Positions 1 to 10,744 of a stretch of 64,000 nt of DNA are shown here, piece after piece (the first letter of the stretch is position 1; each line of letters begins with the position of its first letter). Both the position numbers and the translations under genes were made by a program. This DNA is from Octopus sinensis. Its lineage: Eukaryota. The notes below the pieces were generated by a model that did no database searches, was not told where the DNA came from, and was given only the letters and a program-made list of their open reading frames with translations. The stretch is from positions 23,064,001 through 23,128,000 of the forward strand of contig NC_043012.1 in the NCBI RefSeq assembly GCF_006345805.1, in the 5' to 3' direction.

Positions 1-1668
1 ACGCCGGAGTTAACAAGGGATGCATTTGGATCTTTGGTAGAGTTGGGGAGAGGGGGGTCATTTTGAAAAATACTCTGCACTCTTCAGCCAATCTCAGAAG
101 AACCAGTGACAAGCCTGAGAGGTGTAGTGTGGAGGCACAAAGGATGTGTGTCCCAAGATCCTGAAGAGAGCCCAGCATGGAACTACTGTTAAGATGAACG
201 ATTAATCTTTACATAAAGCTGATGCTATTTGACGGAATTAGTTAGCTCATAGCTCTACACAAGTTTACAACACCAACACCATATCAGGCAATTCAGTTGT
301 AGTTTATATCGCTAGCAGAATAAGAAGATCAACTTGACAGAAATAAAGTAATATCTTAAAACAGATTTTTGTCTGTAGCCTTAATTAACTTAATTTCTAT
401 TGTATTTTCAGCAATTCTGATGGGAAGAAAAACAGACTAAACCAAACAAACAAAACTAAATTTTGAAGGTAATGAATAACCCATTAATGTACCTCATCTT
501 GAAAAATGTAAAATTGTTGGTGGTTGACATCTGGGATAATTTTAGCAGCAAACCAAACAGGTAAGATGTATTAAGAATATGAATTTTAGTGTTTATTCAT
601 AATGTTATTGTTTTTACACCTGTTATTTAAATTTACCTGCCCATAGAAGTCAAATTTAGTCAGAAAGATCAGCTAAAATTACGTAATTATAAACCACTGG
701 CATATAAGCGCCCATTTACAAAGTTTCAAAGCTGTATGTAGAAAATTAACAAAGTTACAAGTAAATATTGTGGACACCCCACTTGAACCTGAATAAATCA
801 AAATTAATGTGAACAGATAAGCATTACATTTGACAAATTAATCTGAACACTAAAGGGTTAATCCAGCTCAAATATGCTACTTGTTTTATGTTAAAACTGA
901 CCAGATACAGCCTCACACACCAACCCTAAACATACACAAACACACCATTGAAATCTTGAAGCTACAAAATAATGCATGTTTAATTAAAAAGAAAATGAAT
1001 AAATAAGGATTATAAGTAACAGAATAATCATCAATGCCAGAGAGTTAATTGTTTAGCAACTGAACATTTACTCTCTAGAACCCTATCATGTGACCATTAT
1101 CATTTTTACAATTGCAGACAAGATATAGAAAGTGGACATTAAACGCTAATGATACGTAACCATTCTAAGCAAATGCACAACATGGGTAACTTTCACTACA
1201 TTGCATTATATTCATCACTCAAGAACATTAAATTCCTAGAAAGATCGTAAATGGTCTGTAAAGATTTTTCAGTTAGTAACTATTTTCAGTTAGTATGCAA
1301 TGGTAATGGTCTGTTATTCTTATGTTGAGACCAAAGGATTTTTTTTTCTCTCATGTGTCATCTTTCATAAAATTAGAATTAACAGCTCAATTATATTATC
1401 ACATATGATAGAATCAGGCAAAGATATTTTTTTGTTCCAAGTAACAATTATAAATTGGTAAATAAATGAAAGGAAACCAACAACATTAAAATTGATAAAA
1501 TTAAAATGATAATAGGATAAATATATCTTCAAATTACAAGAGTCTTAGTTTTCTCCCACAAGTACTTCATTGTGCTTACTCCCTCTTGTATAAAAATTCT
1601 AGCTCAAAATGGTAAAGAATAAAGAAGATGAAGAAAGAAAAAAACAAAACAAGAGCAGGAGATAATAC

Positions 1669-1739
1669 CTTTGTAAAACTTATACCAAAGCATCTGTAGT
1701 TGACACAGTACAAATCTCTTGAGTTCTGTCATTGACAAA
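1669..1739 (-). other. Candidate internal exon of an unidentified gene (71 nt; or 54 nt, 1686-1739, with an alternative donor)
   Basis: Minus strand: pyrimidine-rich ...ttttctttcttttatgaaattataatatAG acceptor. One frame is open to an AAAG|GTATTA donor (LSMTELKRFVLCQLQMLWYKFYK). Another is open to TTG|GTATAA (FVNDRTQEICTVSTTDAL). No homology recognised. Confidence 0.2.
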
Positions 1740-2039
1740 CTATATTATAATTTCATAAAAGAAAGAAAATTCCAGTTACATTATGTAGAGACAGACAAGG
1801 AATCACTCTCTAGAGAAATCAATTCTTAAAATAAAGGGGGGAAAAAAAACTATAAACAAAAGAAAAGAGAAAGCCCCCCCCCTCTTCCTCCAGAAAATAG
1901 CAATATCAAACCTGAATGAAATACTAATACTGGAAGGAAGCCATGCTTAGTGGGACTGAATTTACCACAAGGAAAAGAGAAAGAACGAAAAAGTATTAAG
2001 ACACCCACCCCCAGTTAGAAAGAAATAGGGTGGGAGTTA

Positions 2040-2230
2040 TAAATATGTACACATGCATGAATATATGTTTAAATATATACATACATATATATATATGTGT
2101 ATATATATATATGTATATATATGTATGCATATATATATATGTATGTATATATATATGTGTGTGTATATATATGTGTGTATATATATATATGTGTGTGTAT
2201 ATATATATGTGCGTATATATATATATATAC

Positions 2231-2279
<49 letters not shown>

Positions 2280-2640
2280 TGTATGTATATATATGTATGC
2301 ATATATGTATATATATATACATATATATGTATATATATGTATGCATATACATATATGTATGTATATATATGTATGCATATACATATATGTATGTATGCAT
2401 GCATATATATATGTATGTATCTATGTATATATATGTATATACATATATGTGTGTATATATATTTGTATATATATGTATGTATATATATATGTGTGTATAT
2501 ATATATATGTATATATATATGTATGTATATATATATATGTATATATATATATATGTATGTATATATATATATGTATTTATATGTATGTATATATGTATAT
2601 TTGTATACAAATCTTGGATATACACACACACACACATATA
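2040..2640. repeat. ~600-bp compound (TA)n/(TATG)n/(TGTA)n microsatellite
   Basis: Directly visible. It accounts for the Y/I/V/C/M-only ORFs at 1996-2773. Confidence 0.97.
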
Positions 2641-5600
2641 TCATAGGTATTTTCATATGTGTGTGTTTGTGAGTAAATCTGTGGGGGTGAATATAAAAAA
2701 AAAATGTAAAAATAAACCATTTCTTAAATAAAATATTTGAAAAACAGAAAAAAGGAAAGCAAAGAAACAACAAAAAAACACTATATTAAAAATGACAAGG
2801 TATGTTGAGTGAACTCTTAGTGTAGAAGACAAACAGAATGAAGTTTCAAAGCTGACACACAAATAATAATAACATATCACACAAGACAACAACTCTATAC
2901 GTCTGAATAAGCAGTAATATGAACATATCTATTTTAATACTGCACCTCATGATAACACAGATGTTTGTTGTTTGCTTCTTTTTCACTTTTCTTCTTTATC
3001 ATACACTTTCTTAATGGAAGTAAGTTACACATGGTGTCTCTTTCTCTCTCTCTCGCTGTCTCTCTCACACACACACAATAACACCAAAACAACCCCCTTC
3101 CCACCACAAATCTATTCTCTCTCTTTGCTAAAAATGCACAATCTTTCACACCTCACTTTACTGCAGAGTTTACATAGCTTGTAATAGCGAACTCCATCAA
3201 ATTTTTGACTTTCTTGTGTTTGTTTGTTTTTTTTTTTCTTTCAGGTTTCATTATTTTTTGTTCCGTCTTTTTTCTTTTTTTTTTTGGTTATTTTTTTCTA
3301 AATGAATCTTACACATAAGATAAAAGAGGTTCTCTTGCTTCCTAATAGATTTACAGAGGAATGCTAAACTTAAATCAGAGATTCAATAGTAGAACATTTT
3401 TTTTTTGTTTTGTTTTTACTTCTTTGATTCTGTTGTATCTATTTTTGGTATCACATTCGATCAACCTAATTTCAAAACAAATAAGAAAATAAATAAATAC
3501 AAAAATACCAAAAAACTGCGATGAAATTTAAGTCAAAGCAGTATGTCAAGAGTACATCTGCTGTCTCTTCTGAGAATTCCAAATTCTACCGAGACTTGCA
3601 AAATTATTGTATGTTGTTCGTTGTAAATAATATTTTGAAATAAATTATATATACATCTTTTTTGGAAGACAAACTTTAATAGATATTTTTTTAATGAAGA
3701 AAAAATTTTAAATCAAAATTTTGTTTTATTTTTTTTTACCAAAATTACTACATCTTCGTTATCATTATCATCATCAACATTCTAATGTCCACTTTTCCAA
3801 GCTTGCATGGACTGAATGGAATTCCTTGAAACAGATTTATATGGCTGGATGCCTTTCCTGTTACCAATACTCATGTGTTTCAAAGTAAGTTTCTCTCAGG
3901 ATCAGATACGTTTCTCAAGAGAAATTGGAAACAAGCACAGAACCGTCTTAAGGCATGGGCATTCCAGGCAGTTGCTTGGGGTCTCCACAAGTCTAGGGGC
4001 CCAGTACTAATCTATATATACTGACTGTCAATCTATATATACTATAGAACCCAGTACAGTGACTTACCCAGAGGCCTATGGTGCTGCTAAAATGGCCCCG
4101 GACAAGGCTTAAAACCATCACATAATGTCAAGACAAGGACACACACACATAAGCAAGATAGGCTTCTTTCAGTTTCTGTCAACAAAATCCACTTACAAAG
4201 GCTTTGGTCAGCCTAGGGCAACAGTAAAAGACACTGGCCTAAAGTGCCATGCAGTGGGATCGAACCTAAAGCCATGTGGTTGCAAAGCAAGCTTCTTGGC
4301 CACATAGTCATGCTTAGAAAAACAGAAATTGAGTCATTTTTGAACTCAACTTTTATTTCTTGCTCTTAATTTCATTTCAATTACATTTTTTTTAACCAAT
4401 CAATTGGTCAGGAGAAGAGATAGTGCCCATAATCATTTACAGAGACCCCAAGACAAGCAGAAGAGATGGAAGAAAATGCCCTCATCAAAAGTGTAGACAT
4501 GGTTGTGTGGTTAAGAAACTCACTTTGCAACCATATAGCTTTGGGTTCAGTCCTACTGTACATGCCTTGGTCAATTATCTCCTATTATAACCCTGGGCGA
4601 ACCAATGCTTTGTGCGCGGATGTGGTGAATAAAAACTGTGTAGGAACCTGTTGTGTGTATGTTTGCATGTGAGTGAGTGAGTGAGTGTGTGTGTGTGTGT
4701 GTGTGCGTGTATGTCTTTGTGTTTGCCTCAATCGTCACCGCATAAGCAATTGTGGTTTGTTTGTTTCCCATAACTTAGTAGTTTAGCAAAAGCCAACGAT
4801 AAAATAAGTCTTGGGGTCAATTTGTTTGACGAAACTCTTGAATGCAGTACCCCAGCATGGGCAAAGTCCAATTATTGAGACAGCTAAACGATACAATATA
4901 AATAGAAATACATTAATTAGAAAACTATGACAGGGTTAATTAATAGTTCTCGCAAGCAAAATATTTATTCAAGTGAATCCTTGATGGCAGTGTTGTAGCA
5001 TGGCCACAGTTCACTGACTGAAAAAGTAAAAAGGTCAGAGAAGGAGAAAAGGCAGAGCTAATCTTTGTAGGATTTGAACTCAGAATGTGATTGATCATAA
5101 CTACATACTAGTTGTCATTTTGTCTGGCACTCTAATGATTCTGCCAGTCCACTGCCTTTAATGTTTTCTTAGATTGACACAAAGCCAGGAATTCTAGGAG
5201 GATGGAGGAATGGTGGATTAACTCTTTTGCATTCAGAATACTCTATCAAATATAATGCTTACTTATTCACTTTGCTTTTAATCAATCATGGATCATCTCA
5301 TAGCTTTGAGATTTCAATGATGTGATTGGTTATTTTTAGAATAACATTGCGAGGATCTGGCTGGTTTGAACATGGAAAAGGTAGAATATTTGTGCCCCAG
5401 ACATGGTTGGTTTACATGCAAAAGGCTTAACGGAACATTGGTACTTAATCGAGATATTTTATTGACTTTGAAACTGGGAAAGGTAAAATTGACTTTGGTG
5501 CTATTTGAACTCAAGAGGCATGGCATTTTGCCCACTAGTAGTAGTGTTTTAATAATAATAGCACTCAGAAAGAGTGCAAACCTCTGCCAAGGCAACACTG

Positions 5601-5929
5601 ACATCTTCTTAACGATTAGCCAGAGATGATTTTTAAAATGAGAATATCTGAAATAGACTCGATTGCTCTCACTAACAAGAATACTAAAAACGAACCTGAC
5701 TGTTCCCAAAAATTAAGTAAAAAAAAACAGGAGAAATAATCCAGAATCCTTGTCCGGTATTGAATTGATCCCAAAATCTAACCAGTTCATGCCAGTCACG
5801 AGGCCAGATATTCCTGAAAGTTTCATTCAAATCCATCCAGCTGTTCTTGAGATATCTTGTCAATGAACAAACAAACAAACAAACACAACTGAAAACAATA
5901 CCTCTGCCTTCACTAAGGTGGAAGTAGTA

Positions 5930-6140
5930 ATAATCCTTTCTATTATAGGCACAAGGCCTGAAATTTTGGGGGAGGAGGATAGTTGATTATTTCGACCTCA
6001 GTACTCAGCTGATACTAATTCTACCAACCCTGAAAGGATGAAAGGCAAAGTCAACACTGGCAGAATTTGAACTCAGAACCCATAGACGGACAAAATGCCA
6101 AGCTGTTTGTGCAGTGTGCTAACACTTTTGCCAGCTAACT
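5930..6140 (-). mobile_element. tRNA-derived SINE family B, decayed copy
   Basis: Reverse complement of the head CTGGCAAAAGTGTTAGC...GAGTTCAAATTCTGCC and the central GACTTTGCCTTTCATCCTTTC motif seen intact at 49033-49263. Confidence 0.75.
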
Positions 6141-6147
6141 CACTTTG

Positions 6148-6182
<35 letters not shown>

Positions 6183-6806
6183 TGTAATGTATCTATCAAC
6201 TGAATGCTAAACCCTCATAAACATTCAGCTTAGAAGAGGGGAACCTGAATGGCACACACCTAAAAGAGAAAATAACTTTACATGTTTTTAGTAGTGTGGT
6301 GGCCTTCTTGATAATGTGTCATGTCCCACACAACCCACTTGTTGAAAAAGGTTGCCCTGCTTACTCTACAGGATGACTTAATCTGCTAGAAATAACAGCC
6401 AAATATCCCTTAACTCACACCTTCATCATCATCATTTAGTGTTTGGCATGGGTGGGATGGTTTGATAGGATCCAACAGGTTTGAAAACTGCATTGTGCTC
6501 CACTGTTTGCTTTGGCATTCTTTCTATGGCTGGATACCCTTACTGGTGCCAACCAGTCTACAGAGCGTCCTGAGTGCTTTTTCATGTCACTGACACAAGT
6601 AAGGTTACCTAAGCAGCTCACAAAACAAAACTCCTTGACTGAGGGGATGTGGTAGAAAGGAGATGTATTGCTGGCCCAGCATGAAATGTTCTGTTTTAAA
6701 AATGGTATAATCTACAACTAACTTGGATATTGGATTAGATACCTGATACATAGTAAAAAGTAAGACAGTCGTTGCTGGAGTGGTTTTTATAATACGAAGT
6801 ATCTCT

Positions 6807-7163
6807 CTCTCTTTTACTCTTTTACTTGTTTCAGTCATTTGACTGCGGCCATGCTGGAGCACCGTCTTTAATCGAGCAACTCGACCCCGGGACTTATTCT
6901 TTTGTAAGCCCAGTACTTATTCTATCGGTCTCTTTTGCCGAACTGCTAAGTAACGGGGACATAAACACACCAGCATCGGTTGTCAAGCAATGCTAGGGGG
7001 ACAAACACACAGACACACAAACACACACATGCATATATATATATATATATACATATATACGACAGGCTTCTTTCAGTTTCTGCCTACCAAATCCACTCAC
7101 AAGGCTTTGGTCGGCCCGAGGCTATAGTAGAAGACACTTGCCCAAGGTACCATGCAGTTGGAC
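6807..7163 (-). mobile_element. tRNA-derived SINE family A, young copy, 5'-truncated
   Basis: Near-identical to the copies at 14548, 20271, 35443, 38935 and 44306, including the (GTAAAAGA)n tail and internal (TA)/(TG) tract. Confidence 0.9.
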
Positions 7164-8559
7164 CCAGCACTTATTTTTAAGTCTGGCAGTTATTCTATTG
7201 GTCTCTTTTGCTGAAATGCTAAGTCACGGGGACTTAAACAAATCAACACCAGTCAAATGGTAATACGGGACAAACACAAACACACACATGTACACATACA
7301 TATATACACCCTTGAATGCTATACAGTTCTCATCTACCAAATCCACTCACAAGGATTTGGTTGACCCTACGGTAGAAGACACTTGCCTAAAGAGCCATGT
7401 AGTGAGACTGAGACCCCAAATCACACAGTTGCAAAGTGAGCTTCTTAACAAACCAACCAGAAAACTATGGTAAAGATAATAGTAGAATGCAAAAATTTGT
7501 TAAATTTACCATTATTCTGTTATTCTTTCATTACTTGAAGCTAAGAGTACCATTTGTATTATTTTAAAAATTTCCTTCACAAACAATAAAATTAAGACTC
7601 ATGAAATTATTTGAAATAATAAAAAATTAAATTACATTCTTTGATTTAACTGAAGTCAGTATGGCATTCAACAAATTAACAGATTTGGCTAATGTCTGTG
7701 ATGGGGGGGGGCAAGGAAGGATTGTGCTGGGTATGGGTTATTAATGTATTTTTCTTTACTCATTCATTATGCTTTGTCACATCAAGAATTCTCTTAACTC
7801 TTGTTACATATTGGATGTCAGTTCAAGTTGAAGGAAAATAGCTAAGTTGTGTGATCATTCTGGTCATTGCTCTTGACCAATAATTGTCTTAAATGTCAAA
7901 ATAACAAGAGGTCTCTTCATCTTGAAAACATACTGAAGCAGCACATAAACTTTTCTTGTAAGAAAGAAAATGCCATTCTAAGAAGTCCTCTGTTTTTGCT
8001 TTTCAACTTAAAAATAATAAACAAATATACAGCATAAGATATAAATTCAGAATAATTGAAATATCATTTTATTGTTCTTCCCAAAGCTGCATTTTATTAT
8101 TATTATTTTTTTTTTAATTTTAAGAATATCTATTTATTTAATTTTTTTTTTATGGACAGTCACTTTTTAAAATAAAGGGTGATTATGAAAAAAAGTTTTT
8201 TTTTCTCTCTTTGTGTTTCTGGCCAATATATGAGAAGATTAATTAAAATTCTAGCAAAATAAATATTTTGCTTGCTATAATTATCGTTATCATAATTTTC
8301 TAATTAATGCATTTCTGTTTAACTTTTATCTTCTATCTTTTAATTGTTCCCAGTCATTGGCCTGCAGCCATGATGGGGGCATCCCTTTGAAGAGTCTAGT
8401 CAAATAAATAGTGAACCTAGGATTTATCTTAAAGTCTGTGACTTATTCTATAAATGGATTTTGCTGAACTGCTAAGTTATGTGGGACATCAACAAACTAA
8501 CACTGGTCATTAGGCAGAAGTGGGGACAAACACAATGGATGACACAATGACATACATAC

Positions 8560-8865
8560 ACATACATATATATATATATATATACAAGTATATATACATA
8601 TATATGTATATATACATATACATGTATACATATACATGTATATATACATATACATGTATATATACATATATATGTATATATACATATACATGTATACATA
8701 TACATGTATATATACATATACATGTATATATACATGTATATATATACATATATACATATACATGTATATATATACATATATACATATACATGTATATATA
8801 CATTTATATATATATATATATATATATACACATGGAGATTTACATATATTTATATATATACATAT
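8560..8865. repeat. Compound (TA)n/(TACA)n/(CATGTA) microsatellite
   Basis: Directly visible, with recurring TATACATATACATG sub-units. Confidence 0.95.
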
Positions 8866-9186
8866 CATCATCATCATCATCGTCGTTTAACGTCCGTTCT
8901 CCATGCTAGCATGGGTTGGACGGTTCGACCGGGGTTCTGGGAAGCCAGAAGGCTGCACCAGGCTCCAGTCTAATCTGGCAATGTTTCTACAGCTGGATGC
9001 CCTTCCTAACGCCAACCACTCCGTGAGTGTAGTGGGTGCTTTTTACGTGCCACCTGCACAGGTGCCAGGCGGGGCTGGCAACGGCCACGGTCAGATTGGT
9101 GTATTTTATGTGCCACCGGCACGGAGGCCAGTCGAGGCGGTGCTGGCATCGGCCACGAGTCGGATAGTGCTTTTTACGTACCACCA
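8866..9186 (-). mobile_element. Retroposon family C (ATG-tailed SINE or LINE 3' end with internal ~62-bp repeats)
   Basis: (CAT)n tail at the left end and a GGATGCCCTTCCTAACGCCAACC motif. Homologous copies lie at 6420-6620, 11390-11700, 39965-40145 and 43447-43810. Confidence 0.85.
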
Positions 9187-9230
9187 GACCAGGGATCTAC
9201 GTAAAGATTTATATACATATAAATGTATGC

Positions 9231-9265
<35 letters not shown>

Positions 9266-9401
9266 GAGGGCATTATACATACATGCCAGGAGGCATTCTA
9301 CATACACGCCATACGCTAAGAGGGACAATCAGTCATTTCTACCAAAAATATTACTAATCCTACCGAATGCAATTTTTCAAAGAAAGACATTTAAAATATA
9401 T

Positions 9402-9449
9402 AGACCTGTATCACAGTGATTTCATACTTACGTAATCATCAGCAGGCCT
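9402..9449 (-). ncRNA. Putative type I hammerhead ribozyme (mirror copy in left palindrome arm)
   Basis: Exact reverse complement of 9561-9608. Confidence 0.65.
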
Positions 9450-9560
9450 GAATATACTATAAATAAACAACGACCCTGCTTCGCTTAAGCCGATCAGCTA
9501 ACTGATCAGTTAGCTGATCGGCTTAAGCGAAGCAGGGTCGTTGTTATTTATAGTATATTC

Positions 9561-9608
9561 AGGCCTGCTGATGATTACGTAAGTATGAAATCACTGTGAT
9601 ACAGGTCT
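9561..9608 (+). ncRNA. Putative type I hammerhead ribozyme
   Basis: Stem I AGGCCUG/CAGGUCU; core CUGAUGA (9568-9574); stem II UAC-GUAA-GUA closed by U.U; GAAA (9587-9590); stem III AUCA-CUG-UGAU; cleavage triplet AUA (9599-9601). Confidence 0.65.
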
Positions 9609-9873
9609 ATATATTTTTAAATGTCTTTCTTTGAAAAATTGCATTCGGTAGGATTAGTAATATTTTTGGTAGAAATGACTGATTGTCCCTCTTAGCGTAT
9701 GGCGTGTATGTAGAATGCCTCCTGGCATGTATGTATAATGCCCTCTATATATAAATTAATATGTTCAATAAGAAATAATTATTTTCGAAATTTTTTCTCT
9801 TATGAGGTTTTTACGCTATCTACCTGACAATCTCTTGTTAAGTTTTCCTTATTAAGTAGTTGTCCTTAATTGC

Positions 9874-9914
<41 letters not shown>

Positions 9915-10007
9915 ATGATGCATATATATATATATATATATAGATATATATATATATACATGTTTATGTATATATGTATATATACATGTATATATATATA
10001 TATATAC

Positions 10008-10221
10008 ATTCAAAATGTGACTGCGTGTGTACCGTTGGCGATTTTTTTTTCTCTCTGTCTTCCCTTCTCTGGATCTTTCCTTCTCCTATGCTTCCGATGA
10101 AGAGCTCCGCTCGAAACATTAAACCCTCTTTCTTTCCTTCTTTCCTGAGCATCCAATAATATCATATTTGTTCCACGTCCTCGCGTTGCTGTGTTTTTTA
10201 TGCTTTCATGTTTGGATTAAC
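10008..10221 (+). mobile_element. ~214-bp non-autonomous element with decayed minimal hammerhead core (Penelope pLTR or retrozyme-like)
   Basis: CCGATGA-AGAGCTCCGCTC-GAAACATT-AAAC at 10094-10124. Flanked by (TA)n on both sides. Homologous over its full length to 37813-38025. Confidence 0.7.
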
Positions 10222-10233
10222 TATATATATATA

Positions 10234-10428
10234 GTCAAATATTGTCAATTCAAATAAATGAATAATAAAATTAACAAACAACAAGATAACATATACATGG
10301 AGTGTAATAGTTTGTTGCTCAGTAAAAAGAGAGAGTTTGATGTTTCGGGCATAGCTCTTCGTCAGAAAAGGGAAAGAGAAACGTCCAAGGAAGGAAAAGA
10401 AATCGCCAACAGAACTTGTGTATTGCCC
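10234..10428 (-). mobile_element. Second, diverged hammerhead-core element in inverted orientation
   Basis: Minus strand TTTT-CTGACGA-AGAGCTATGCCC-GAAACATC-AAAC (10335-10369). It has the same GTTGGCGATTT...CTGAGC...GACTATATA architecture as 10008-10221. Confidence 0.65.
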
Positions 10429-10744
10429 GGATTCCACACGGTTTCCATGAACCATATTCACTTACCAGGCATTGAATGACCTGGAGCTATAGTAAAAGAC
10501 ACTTGCCCAGAGTGCCATACTGTGGGATTGAACCTGAAGCCAAGTGGTTTTGGAAGTAAGCTTCTACATCACACAGCCATACCTGTGATGTCTGTGCCTA
10601 AAATAACTGGTGCTTGTCATGGGACAAATAGGTGCTGGTTATTTTTAGGTACAGTTGATAAAATAAAATATCAATCAATTAATAGAATCAATTTCATTGA
10701 TTAATCCCCTTCCTCACCCAAAATTTCTGGCCTTCTGTCTGTTT

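Larger units (their letters stand above)
9255..9756. repeat. 502-bp zero-spacer palindrome (251-bp arms)
   Basis: Centre ...CAGCTAACTGA|TCAGTTAGCTG... lies between 9505 and 9506. The arms are exact reverse complements except for two 1-bp homopolymer indels. Confidence 0.97.

Noticed and set aside
1996-2773. Overlapping 190-234 aa ORFs rich in Y/I/V/C/M/H
   Set aside because: These are translations of a (TA)/(TG) microsatellite that lacks stop codons. The same applies to the ORFs at 8.5, 17.8, 21.5, 31.9, 37-38, 54-57 and 61 kb.
8903-9319. [16 protein letters not shown]... (and similar at 11421 and 43432)
   Set aside because: It is the antisense reading of retroposon family C. It recurs only because the repeat recurs and runs into microsatellite.
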